Virus record (IMG/VR): IMGVR_UViG_3300020442_001798
Location: 1-58,084 of that record
From: a virus
Lineage: Duplodnaviria; Caudoviricetes
Length of the DNA stretch: 58,084 nt
Reading direction: 5' to 3' (one strand)
Translations under genes and position numbers: made by a program
The notes under the pieces: model-generated
Told to the model about the DNA's origin: nothing
What the model saw: only the letters and a program-made list of their open reading frames with translations
The model's database searches: none
Shown here: one piece after another, positions 1 through 8,068 of the stretch
How positions within the stretch are numbered: the first letter of the stretch is position 1
Layout: each line of letters begins with the position of its first letter

Positions 1-50
1 CCAACACCGCCAGAGTGAGTTTGATGTTTTTTATGCTACAATTGTAGTGA

Positions 51-1046
51 ATGTTTAGGAGGAATAAAATGAATAGACCTTATACCGGATATGACAAGAC
101 CGCTTCTGGTAAGCGTCCGGGTTTTGAAAAACTTATTGATCTTTTGGAAGACCATTTTGGTCTTTGGAACAATGGTACTTATGCTGTGAGAAAGAAGCGT
201 GGGAAGTCAAGCTTCTCGGTTCATGCCACTGGTAGGGCAGGAGATTTGTCTTGGAGATCTGCACCTTATCGTGGGTCAGGTAATTATCAAGATGCCGTTC
301 GTATGATGGATTTTTTGGTGGACAATGCAGATGTTCTTGAGATTGAAGCTGTGTTTGATTATTATCCAAAGCCTTATGGTCGTGGATGGAAATGTGATCG
401 TAACGCTTGGAATAACTACTCTAGGAAAGCATTCAGCGGTGTTCCCGGGGGAGATTGGGTTCATGTGGAGATCTCAAATAAATATGCGGATGACCCAGCT
501 TATTATGAGCGTGTAATCGGTGATCTTCTAGGTCAGGGAGTGGCTTCTGTTAAGCCTGCTGCTAAAACTCAGACTCCTCCTTCTGGGAAGACTCCTTGGT
601 TGCAAATTGGTTCTAAAGGTGATGCTGTTAAAGAAGTTCAGGAAATTGTGGGTGCAAAACCTGATGGAGATTTTGGTCCTAAAACTGAAGAGGCTGTTAA
701 AGCGTGGCAGGCAGACCATGATCTTCATGTTGATGGTATTTGGGGTCCGGGTTCGGACAAGCACGCTAGGCGTTGTGACTGCGAAGCAGACACTCCATCA
801 CCAACCCCTCAGACGGCTCCAGAAGCCCCTCAGACATCTTCTATGAGGTATCCCGGCCCTCCAATGATTAAAGTGGGTTCTAACGAGACTGAGGCTGTGA
901 AAGCTATTCAGGCTAAGGTTGGAGCAAAGGTCGATGGTCAGTATGGACCTCAGACTCGCCAGCTTGTTCGCAACTGGCAGGCTCAGAACAGCTCTCGTCC
1001 TGACGGTATTGTTGGTCCTGCTACTTGGAGAAGAATGTTTGGATGA
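51..1046 (+). CDS. Endolysin: N-terminal Zn peptidase-like (M15/LAS-type) domain plus two peptidoglycan-binding domains
   Basis: HATGRAGD...WVHVE His/Asp/His pattern; two PG_binding_1-like repeats (DGDFGPKTEEAVKAWQ...VDGIWGP; DGQYGPQT...PDGIVGPATW). Start may be ATG 69 (AGGAGG upstream). Confidence 0.85.
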   Translation: MFRRNKMNRPYTGYDKTASGKRPGFEKLIDLLEDHFGLWNNGTYAVRKKRGKSSFSVHATGRAGDLSWRSAPYRGSGNYQDAVRMMDFLVDNADVLEIEAVFDYYPKPYGRGWKCDRNAWNNYSRKAFSGVPGGDWVHVEISNKYADDPAYYERVIGDLLGQGVASVKPAAKTQTPPSGKTPWLQIGSKGDAVKEVQEIVGAKPDGDFGPKTEEAVKAWQADHDLHVDGIWGPGSDKHARRCDCEADTPSPTPQTAPEAPQTSSMRYPGPPMIKVGSNETEAVKAIQAKVGAKVDGQYGPQTRQLVRNWQAQNSSRPDGIVGPATWRRMFG

Positions 1047-1267
1047 AAGATAAAATTATGTATATCCTTTCGGTGGGTGTTATTGCATGTATCCTCACTG
1101 CTATTGTCGGGGATTATGTGGTTGCGTCTTTTGAGACATTTGAAACAGGTGAGGCGGTCAACGTATCGTCTGATGTCATGACACTTGTTCAGACCGCTCT
1201 TGGTGGTGTTATTGGTATCATTGGTGGATACTTTGGTGCTAAAGGCTCAAACAAGAGTGACGACTGA
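1043..1267 (+). CDS. Small two-TM membrane protein, holin-like
   Basis: Two hydrophobic segments, ends IIGGYFG plus charged tail; ATGA overlap with the endolysin stop. Confidence 0.6.
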   Translation: MKDKIMYILSVGVIACILTAIVGDYVVASFETFETGEAVNVSSDVMTLVQTALGGVIGIIGGYFGAKGSNKSDD

Positions 1268-1527
1268 TGAAGGTATGGATTGATCAAGACTTATGCACAG
1301 GTGACGGCTTGTGTGCTGAAATTTGCCCTGATGTATTTGCTATGCATGATGATGGCTTAGCTTATGTGAAAGAACCTTCTTGGCCGAATCTCTTTGGGAG
1401 CGACGGCAAGGGGGACGGCCCTGCATTGCAGATGCATCAGACTGCTGAATTTGGGGAGAATCTTTTGGATTCGGTTATTGAGGCAGCAGAAGACTGCCCC
1501 GGAGAATGTATCTTTATTGAACCTTAG
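1267..1527 (+). CDS. Single-cluster ferredoxin ([3Fe-4S]/[4Fe-4S])
   Basis: MKVWIDQDLCTGDGLCAEICPDVF...EAAEDCPGECI; CxxDxxC...CP motif. Confidence 0.92.
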   Translation: MKVWIDQDLCTGDGLCAEICPDVFAMHDDGLAYVKEPSWPNLFGSDGKGDGPALQMHQTAEFGENLLDSVIEAAEDCPGECIFIEP

Positions 1528-1582
1528 TAGGGCAAAAACTAAAATTTAAAAATAAAACGCTAGATGGTAATCTAGATATATA

Positions 1583-3895
1583 ATGTCATGGTTTAGACCA
1601 TCTAGAACACGTTTTTTACCTGCGGCTGCTGTAGTTGCCCTCGCTATGTTCTCTTTGTTTCCGAGCGTAGCGAGGGCTTCTGCTTACACTGTGACTGAAG
1701 AGTCTGACTGGTACTTTGAGGTTGAGTCGGACGACACAAATGTTGTCATCTATGGCAACTCAAACAGTTCTTGTAACCAGTTGGCATCTGACCCTTTCTT
1801 GTGGCTGTACGACTTGTCGGGCACGGTACTCGCATCAAATGATGACGGTAACCACAATAATGAAACACAGTGCGTTTCATCAAAGATTGACACAACCCTA
1901 GACGCTGGTGTTTATCGCATTCACGCTGGGTATTGTTGTTCGCAAAGAGGGAACGGCTATGATGGTGGCGAATACGAACTCGTTACCGATCTGACGCTTG
2001 CCACCGACTTCAGCACTTACAACGGGGTGAGATTTTCTTATACTCCTGCATACATTGAGCAAACAATTGACGTTTCTTCGTATGCGGGAGAAATTGATTC
2101 AATTGTTGTCACCCCTCTTGTTAAGCGTTTCTACGATGTTAACGATTACGTGGCGACGCAGTATGCCGCTTACGACTCAGCAGGTAACTTGCTGCAAGGC
2201 AATCTGACAGCATCAGCACCTACTTCTTGGGTTGAAGTTGGGTCTAGTTGGTTTCAAGCCTCAGTGTCATCTAGTGTTCAAGATTCAACAAGTTGGGACA
2301 GTGTAAAAATTCGTATCTGGGCTAAAGACGGTGAAAGTTGGGGCGGCAACTATGGCACTGAAATAAAAGAAGTTTCATTCAAGGCGAAACTAGACGGTTC
2401 TGCGGAGTGGACTGATTTAACAAGCCTGCTTGCTAATCCATACTTTAACTCTATTAATAGTAATTCTCCACCAAGCGGCTGGTCTTCCAATGCTTCTTGG
2501 GATACATGTCAAGGTTTAACTTCTTCAACTTTGTGTGGCTTTGTAGTCAATAATTGGACATGGGCAACTCCTGCCACAACTACGACAACCACTACAACAT
2601 CTACCACAACAACTACCACCACAGTCCCTCAGACGATTGGTCCTCCAATGAACTTGACTGGGCAGGTTACAGAGAATGGTGTATTTCTTGATTGGGATGC
2701 TCCCAATACCGGCAATGTTGATCCAGAAAGATATGCAATATCTTTTCGAATACCACCGGGCGCAGGGTGGGGAGTTGCTACAGGAAATGTTGGTGATGAA
2801 AACGCTTTAAATACTGAATACACGCTTCCTTTTAGTATTTTTGAGAACACAGGTGGTCTAGGAGAGTCTTATGTGTTCGACATTCGTGCAGATAATGATA
2901 CACTAGGTGTATATTCTGGGTGGTCTTCACAGGTCACCCTTTTGGTACAGGAGGTAACACCATCAACAACATCCACAACTACTACGACAACTACGGTTCC
3001 CCCAACTACAACCACTTCCACGACAACCACCACATCAACCACAACAACGACAACCACAACAACGACAAGTACGACAACAACCACCACGGTTCCCCCAACA
3101 ACTACAACAAGTACGACAACCACAGTTCCACCAACAACCACAACAACTTCTACGACTTCAACTATCCCGCCGACTACAAGTACGACAACTACGACTACAA
3201 CAACAATTCCACCTACTACAACGTCCACCACTTCCCCTCCAACTACAACTACCACTACATCGTTGCCACCAACAACAACGTCAACGTCTACAACCACAAC
3301 GACTGTCCAGCCTGCCACAACGACGACGATTCCGACAACTACAACAACCACCGCTCCTTTGACGCTCGCAGAAGAAAGAGCTGAGGAAACTAAGATTGAG
3401 TTTGAAGAGTTAGGTATTGATACTGAAGGCGTTGATTTGCTTGAGGTTGATCAGGCTGAGATTAAAATTGTTGAAGAATTGGATCAGTTGGACGAGGAGT
3501 TAGCCGAAGACTTTTTGGATGTTGTTGACGGTGATGTGACAGTTGAAGAAGTCTCGGTTTTGATTGAAGACGATAATTTTGATGAGATTTCTGATGATGC
3601 GAAGGTTATTCTTGCGGCTGCTTTGACTGAGGCTGATGATGAAGTTAAAGATGAGTTTGAGGAATCTGTAAACATCTTTGAAGATGAGAGTTTTAATGAT
3701 TATGTCGCTAAAGATTCGAATATTACGACTGAAGAGCGACGTACTGTTGTAGCAGCCACTGCTGCTGTTGCAGCGACTGCTGGCGCTGCTGCTGGCCCTT
3801 CTGCTGGTCCTAAGCCTTCTGGAGGCGGTGGAGGCGGTGGAGGTGGCTCTGATGGCCCACGCAAGCGTGGAGGCTCATCAAGGAGGTCTAGATGA
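1583..3895 (+). CDS. Secreted/membrane-anchored modular protein: signal peptide, PPC-like domain, sugar-binding (FBA/galactose-binding-like) domain, Fn3, Thr-rich stalk, acidic domain, Ala-rich anchor and basic tail
   Basis: N-terminal hydrophobic stretch ending ARA; DPFLWLYD...LASNDDG...LDAGVYRI; GPPMNL...LDWDAP...YVFDIRADN (Fn3); poly-Thr/Pro region; C-terminal RKRGGSSRRSR. Confidence 0.75.
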   Translation: MSWFRPSRTRFLPAAAVVALAMFSLFPSVARASAYTVTEESDWYFEVESDDTNVVIYGNSNSSCNQLASDPFLWLYDLSGTVLASNDDGNHNNETQCVSSKIDTTLDAGVYRIHAGYCCSQRGNGYDGGEYELVTDLTLATDFSTYNGVRFSYTPAYIEQTIDVSSYAGEIDSIVVTPLVKRFYDVNDYVATQYAAYDSAGNLLQGNLTASAPTSWVEVGSSWFQASVSSSVQDSTSWDSVKIRIWAKDGESWGGNYGTEIKEVSFKAKLDGSAEWTDLTSLLANPYFNSINSNSPPSGWSSNASWDTCQGLTSSTLCGFVVNNWTWATPATTTTTTTTSTTTTTTTVPQTIGPPMNLTGQVTENGVFLDWDAPNTGNVDPERYAISFRIPPGAGWGVATGNVGDENALNTEYTLPFSIFENTGGLGESYVFDIRADNDTLGVYSGWSSQVTLLVQEVTPSTTSTTTTTTTVPPTTTTSTTTTTSTTTTTTTTTTSTTTTTTVPPTTTTSTTTTVPPTTTTTSTTSTIPPTTSTTTTTTTTIPPTTTSTTSPPTTTTTTSLPPTTTSTSTTTTTVQPATTTTIPTTTTTTAPLTLAEERAEETKIEFEELGIDTEGVDLLEVDQAEIKIVEELDQLDEELAEDFLDVVDGDVTVEEVSVLIEDDNFDEISDDAKVILAAALTEADDEVKDEFEESVNIFEDESFNDYVAKDSNITTEERRTVVAATAAVAATAGAAAGPSAGPKPSGGGGGGGGGSDGPRKRGGSSRRSR
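2955..3355 (+). repeat. Low-complexity ACN-codon repeat encoding a Thr/Pro mucin-like stalk
   Basis: Runs of acaacaact/acgacaacc encoding TTTTTVPPTTTTS units. Confidence 0.9.
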
Positions 3896-4077
3896 TTAAA
3901 AAGATTTTGAAAAGAGTGCTAAAGGAAAGTTATTCCTTAGCTTGGACTCTTGCTGGTACTGGCTTAGTTTTAATTACTTTGTCGGGTCAGACTAGAGATT
4001 GGGGCATATGGATAAGCCTTTCCGCTCTCACAGTACACTTGCTTGCTATTATCTTTATATCAGAAGACGAATTGTAA
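3892..4077 (+). CDS. Small two-TM membrane protein coupled to the Thr-rich protein
   Basis: ATGA overlap with upstream stop; LAWTLAGTGLVLITLSG and WGIWISLSALTVHLLAIIF hydrophobic helices. Confidence 0.7.
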   Translation: MIKKILKRVLKESYSLAWTLAGTGLVLITLSGQTRDWGIWISLSALTVHLLAIIFISEDEL

Positions 4078-4103
4078 GCATATCCTTCTAAGCATTTATT
4101 AGG

Positions 4104-4109
4104 TATAAT
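4104..4109 (+). promoter_or_regulatory. -10 box (TATAAT) 6 nt upstream of ATG 4116; leaderless promoter
   Basis: aggTATAATggtatcATG with no Shine-Dalgarno. Confidence 0.6.
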
Positions 4110-4115
4110 GGTATC

Positions 4116-4193
4116 ATGAGAAATAAGTATTGTGAATGCGGTTGTGAATGTGAAGAGGGTTGCGGATGCGGCTGTGATTCATGTAACTGCTGA
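4116..4193 (+). CDS. 25-aa Cys-rich metallothionein-like peptide (absent from ORF track)
   Basis: Hand translation MRNKYCECGCECEEGCGCGCDSCNC*, 9 Cys in CxC motifs; fills the intergenic gap. Confidence 0.7.
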   Translation: MRNKYCECGCECEEGCGCGCDSCNC

Positions 4194-4205
4194 ATGGAGA
4201 TTTAA

Positions 4206-5129
4206 ATGGATGACGTAAAAATTGATACATCAAAAACTCTTACTCTGACTCTTCCGAGTGACGCTGACTCTAATAATGTTACGGTTGTGTTAACACATGA
4301 GTTTGGTGATGTAGTGCAGGCATCTACTGCCGCAACAAGATCGTCTGAAGGGGTGTATACAATAACTTACGGCCAGCAGGATTCGGGCATTTATGTTTTA
4401 AATTCTGCTGGAAAGTACAGGGCTGATTTCACTTATTCGATTAGTAGCACTGAGTATACTCAGTCTCAATATATTAATGTGTACACACCATATATTACTT
4501 GGGCAGAGTTTTTGACAAACCATAGCGATTTGAGCGGGTATGCTTCTCAGTTTGATCATTTTGAGAAGAGAGCAAGGAATATTATTGACACTCACTGTGG
4601 GCAGTCTTTTGAATATTACCCAAATAAAAGTTTGACTTTAGATGGAGGCAATCATAAAAATTTGCATTTGCCTATTCCGATTGCAACTTTAAGAAAAGTT
4701 ACATTTAATGCGGGCGATTCCGATGCAGAGGTTATTCACGACTACGCAGATTCAAGTCTTTTAAATATTGAAAAAGTCAGGCAATCGTTTAATTTTGAAT
4801 CTTCTTTTTATTTAAGATTTAAAGCTAATATTGTACAAACAAATACATCTAGAATTCTAGGTAAGACTTTTAAGCAACATTCTGATTACAAGGTTGAAGG
4901 GGACTTTGGTTGGAGATATGTTCCCATGAATATTAAGCAGGCTGCCGATTTGATTATTGCAGACTTAATGAATGATGATTCTGAGTACCGTCGTCATGGT
5001 ATTACAAGTGTAGATATGGATACTATTAGCTTTAGTATGAAGGGTTCTTTCTATGAAAGCACTGGAAATATTGAAGCAGATGTCCTCCTTACAGACTACA
5101 CCTTGTTTGTTATGGATTATATTACCTGA
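4206..5129 (+). CDS. Head-tail adaptor/connector protein
   Basis: First gene of neck cluster; ARNIIDTHCG and GWRYVPMNIKQAADLII resemble gp6/gp15-type adaptors. Confidence 0.6.
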   Translation: MDDVKIDTSKTLTLTLPSDADSNNVTVVLTHEFGDVVQASTAATRSSEGVYTITYGQQDSGIYVLNSAGKYRADFTYSISSTEYTQSQYINVYTPYITWAEFLTNHSDLSGYASQFDHFEKRARNIIDTHCGQSFEYYPNKSLTLDGGNHKNLHLPIPIATLRKVTFNAGDSDAEVIHDYADSSLLNIEKVRQSFNFESSFYLRFKANIVQTNTSRILGKTFKQHSDYKVEGDFGWRYVPMNIKQAADLIIADLMNDDSEYRRHGITSVDMDTISFSMKGSFYESTGNIEADVLLTDYTLFVMDYIT

Positions 5130-5509
5130 TGTCGTATAGAACTTTTTTAAGATACTATCATAAAGTTGATGTGTACAGTAGAACCACTACTGTGAATTCT
5201 GCTGGACAAAAGACTGCTTCTTTTGCTGTGACAAAGGCGGATACTCCGTGCGTTTTCCAGACGATTAGCAGCGAAAGGCGTGTGGCTCCTTATGTTGACA
5301 ATGTTGATGAGTTTCAGCTAATAGTGCCACATTCATATGCTTCTTATTTTACGTATGCTGGTCGTGTGCAAAATATTGTTGACAGATATGAAAATGTTAT
5401 TGAAGCTGGGCCTTTTGAAATTGTTCAAATAGAGAAAAAGACTGGATTTAATGGGAAAGTTAGTCATATTATTGTAACAATTAGACTGATCGTGGAGCTA
5501 GCATCATGA
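5129..5509 (+). CDS. Head closure (stopper) protein
   Basis: 126 aa beta-rich protein directly after the adaptor; synteny. Confidence 0.55.
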   Translation: MSYRTFLRYYHKVDVYSRTTTVNSAGQKTASFAVTKADTPCVFQTISSERRVAPYVDNVDEFQLIVPHSYASYFTYAGRVQNIVDRYENVIEAGPFEIVQIEKKTGFNGKVSHIIVTIRLIVELAS

Positions 5510-6042
5510 TGCAGGTTCGTATCAATCCGACTTCGATTGAAACAATGAGATTCCTACAAAATAATATTGATCAATTTCCTAACAGGGTTCAGGCAGCTAA
5601 AGGTAAAGCTGTTGTTTCGGCAAAGTTGAAGATTGAACAATATATGAAGTCTCAGTATGGAAAAGTTGGTAATGCGATGGTTGTTGAAGAAAAAGTTGGT
5701 CCAAAAACAGTAACTGTTAACATCCGTCCAAAGCGGGCAGGCCGTCCAAACAGTAGAACTGGATATTCTGCTGCTTGGGGTGCAAACGTTAAGTTTTATG
5801 GAAGAAGGAGTTTTAGTTCGTCAGGAAGTGTTCAAATTTATAAATTAAGAAAAGGCAGCACTCCCCCTTATCCGCCATACATAAGAAGCTTTAGAGTCAA
5901 GGCTACACCAAAAGATATGTCTTTTAGATCAAATATTAGGCGTGAATCTCGTCGCATTTTGGAGAGAGAAATGATGAAATCTTTACGCTCTTATGGATTT
6001 GGTGCAAGAGGCGGCGCGCCGAGAGGTATGGCAGACATTTAA
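5506..6042 (+). CDS. Neck protein (HK97 gp10-like position), very basic
   Basis: Synteny between stopper and tail terminator; Arg/Lys-rich. Confidence 0.45.
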   Translation: MMQVRINPTSIETMRFLQNNIDQFPNRVQAAKGKAVVSAKLKIEQYMKSQYGKVGNAMVVEEKVGPKTVTVNIRPKRAGRPNSRTGYSAAWGANVKFYGRRSFSSSGSVQIYKLRKGSTPPYPPYIRSFRVKATPKDMSFRSNIRRESRRILEREMMKSLRSYGFGARGGAPRGMADI

Positions 6043-6051
6043 GGAGATATT

Positions 6052-6477
6052 ATGACTATTTCTACACTAGCAGTTTACGATATAAATTCTTTCTTGGCAG
6101 CAGATTCTAGTTTACAAACTATTGCTGGTAAGACAATGAACTTTTATCCAATAGTTGGGTATGGTGAGGATACGCCTCCATTTGTTGTTTATTATGTAAA
6201 CCCTGCGGTGCCCTCACTAGAATCGCATTGGAATAGGTATGACAATATTATATATAGCATTTATGATTCTGATATTGATCGACTATTAAAAATTACCGAA
6301 CGATTCATTTACCTTCTGGGTCGGGCAGATACGGTTTCAGAGTCAGGTGGTGTTACTGGAACTGATACTAGAATTTTTTCTTCTTTCTTAACAGATTCTT
6401 CCTTAGAAGAGGCTATTGAGAAAGACGGTTGGTTTAAGATGGATTTGTCATTCACTGTCTACTATGTAGCTTCTTAA
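6052..6477 (+). CDS. Tail terminator protein
   Basis: 141 aa, PPFVVY motif, near the major tail gene; AAGGAG SD. Confidence 0.55.
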   Translation: MTISTLAVYDINSFLAADSSLQTIAGKTMNFYPIVGYGEDTPPFVVYYVNPAVPSLESHWNRYDNIIYSIYDSDIDRLLKITERFIYLLGRADTVSESGGVTGTDTRIFSSFLTDSSLEEAIEKDGWFKMDLSFTVYYVAS

Positions 6478-6496
6478 TGTGGTATTATAAAAAGAT

Positions 6497-6694
6497 ATGA
6501 AGTATACTACTATTACATACGTAGGAAGGTCTGGTGGAGGATTCTTTGCTAGAGTCGGGAAAACGGTTTACGAGTTTGAATGGCAAAAGGGTGTTGGAAT
6601 CGGCAATAGGGCCGATGAAATCAGACCAGAGCACGTAAAAAAAATCGCTAAATGGCGTGATAAAAAGGGCAAAAGAATTTTTGTTCTTGAATAG
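6497..6694 (+). CDS. Small hypothetical protein in tail module
   Basis: 65 aa ORF with TGGTATTAT extended -10 8 nt upstream of ATG. Confidence 0.65.
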   Translation: MKYTTITYVGRSGGGFFARVGKTVYEFEWQKGVGIGNRADEIRPEHVKKIAKWRDKKGKRIFVLE

Positions 6695-6705
6695 GAGGAT
6701 TAAAA

Positions 6706-7299
6706 ATGCCAGGTTCAGGCTCAGTAACTACCGCAAACATTGTTGTGGGTGAGGCAGAAGTCAAGGTCGGCGCATCGAACACTTCGATGACTAACTCGGA
6801 TTTCGATAGCCTCTCATCAGTCGGTGCTACTCAGGAAGGTGTTGAAATTTCTTGGGAGCCAGACATGGTTGACATTGAAGTTGACCAATATGGAGATGCC
6901 GCTAAGGTTATCCAGTCAAAAGTAAAGGTTATGCTTAAGACGACGCTCGCAGAGGCTACTCTTAACAACCTCGCAATCGCTTGGTCATACGATCAAGATG
7001 ATGACGGTGCCGATGTTCTTGTGAACAACGATGGTTCCAATACAAAGACGTTTATGTTTGGTGTTCAGAACGTTTACCCATACGAGAAGGCTGTCCAGAT
7101 CGTCGGTAACGCTCCGGGTTCAAATGCTGCAAGCACTCGTACCCGTAAGTTCAACACTAAGCGTGCAATTTCGTTTGAATCATCAAGCATTTCGATGAAG
7201 CGTGCAGAGGCAACAACCTTTGCTGTTTCATTCCGAATCCTGCCAGTCTCAGCTGATACCAGCTACGAGTATGGCAAGATTATCGACGCTACTGCTTGA
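6706..7299 (+). CDS. Major tail (tube) protein
   Basis: GATQEGVEISWEPDMVDIEVDQ...TTLAEATLNNL, typical of actinophage tail tubes; AGGAGG SD; precedes chaperones and TMP. Confidence 0.85.
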   Translation: MPGSGSVTTANIVVGEAEVKVGASNTSMTNSDFDSLSSVGATQEGVEISWEPDMVDIEVDQYGDAAKVIQSKVKVMLKTTLAEATLNNLAIAWSYDQDDDGADVLVNNDGSNTKTFMFGVQNVYPYEKAVQIVGNAPGSNAASTRTRKFNTKRAISFESSSISMKRAEATTFAVSFRILPVSADTSYEYGKIIDATA

Positions 7300-7322
7300 T
7301 AAAAACTTACATATAGTTCACT

Positions 7323-7366
7323 GGGAAACCCTTGGATATGGTATAATTCATATCCGAGGGTTTTCC
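7323..7366 (+). terminator. 18-bp hairpin after major tail gene with TATAAT in its loop (terminator/attenuator overlapping a promoter)
   Basis: GGGAAACCCTTGGATATG / CATATCCGAGGGTTTTCC; both deviations are G-U compatible; loop GTATAATT. Confidence 0.65.
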
Positions 7367-7393
7367 TCGTATATATGACTTTTAAGGAGAGAA

Positions 7394-7696
7394 ATGGCAC
7401 AAAATAAAGATTTGCACGAAGGCGTGGAGATTGTGTTCGCAGACGGAAACAAGAGAGTTATTAAGCCTCTCACTATTAGACAGCTTAGGAAGTTTATGAA
7501 AGTTGCAAACGAACTTAAGACTGATGATGAGGCCATGACTGATGCAGACATTGACCGTATGGTTGAAGCCGCAAGCATTGCTCTTGCTAAGGTAGACCCA
7601 GATCTTGCAGGTGACCCTGAGGGCTTGGAAGACATTCTTGACCTACGTTGTTTTGGTGAGCTGATGTCTGCTGCTATGGGTGCTGACCCAAACTAA
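7394..7696 (+). CDS. Tail assembly chaperone (gpG-like)
   Basis: IKPLTIRQLRKF motif; between major tail and TMP; AAGGAG SD. Confidence 0.8.
   Translation: MAQNKDLHEGVEIVFADGNKRVIKPLTIRQLRKFMKVANELKTDDEAMTDADIDRMVEAASIALAKVDPDLAGDPEGLEDILDLRCFGELMSAAMGADPN
7687..7693 (+). other. -1 programmed ribosomal frameshift slippery site C CCA AAC
   Basis: X XXY YYZ heptamer immediately before TAA 7694-7696; -1 frame is open and in frame with ORF 7741..8022. Confidence 0.85.
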
Positions 7697-7740
7697 TTGA
7701 GGGGGAAGAATCTGACGGTGACCCCCTACTTTGGGAGGAA

Positions 7741-8022
7741 ATGCCTCTTCTAAAATATGAGTCAGAACTCCTAGTCAAATGTGGGGCTTGGAAAAGCATT
7801 TATGACTTAGAAGAATCACTAACGCTCCATGAGATGTTTACCTTGTATCGTGCTGCAACGAATGATTTTAACATGAATGTTAAAGCTCTTGCAGCAACTC
7901 AGGGCGCAGATGTTGATTGGGAAGAGGATTGGTATGATCCTGAGCCACCTAAGCCACCAGAAGTGCTTGAAGGTGGCGATCTGCGCTTTATGCCCATCGG
8001 TTTGGGCTATGAAGGTGACTAA
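7741..8022 (+). CDS. Tail assembly chaperone frameshift extension (gpT-like part of G-T fusion)
   Basis: Reached by -1 shift at 7687 (offset 54 nt, in frame, no stops). Confidence 0.8.
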   Translation: MPLLKYESELLVKCGAWKSIYDLEESLTLHEMFTLYRAATNDFNMNVKALAATQGADVDWEEDWYDPEPPKPPEVLEGGDLRFMPIGLGYEGD

Positions 8023-8068
8023 TTGTTGCTTTATTGTAACGATAATGGGATAATTACTATGGTGAACT

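Noticed and set aside
1583-1680. Tat signal peptide (SRTRFL)
   Set aside because: It lacks consecutive twin arginines; a Sec-type signal is more parsimonious.
2869-3384. Poly-Val antisense ORF and Asn/His-rich alternative-frame ORF
   Set aside because: Both are shadows of the ACN Thr repeat in the 1583..3895 gene.
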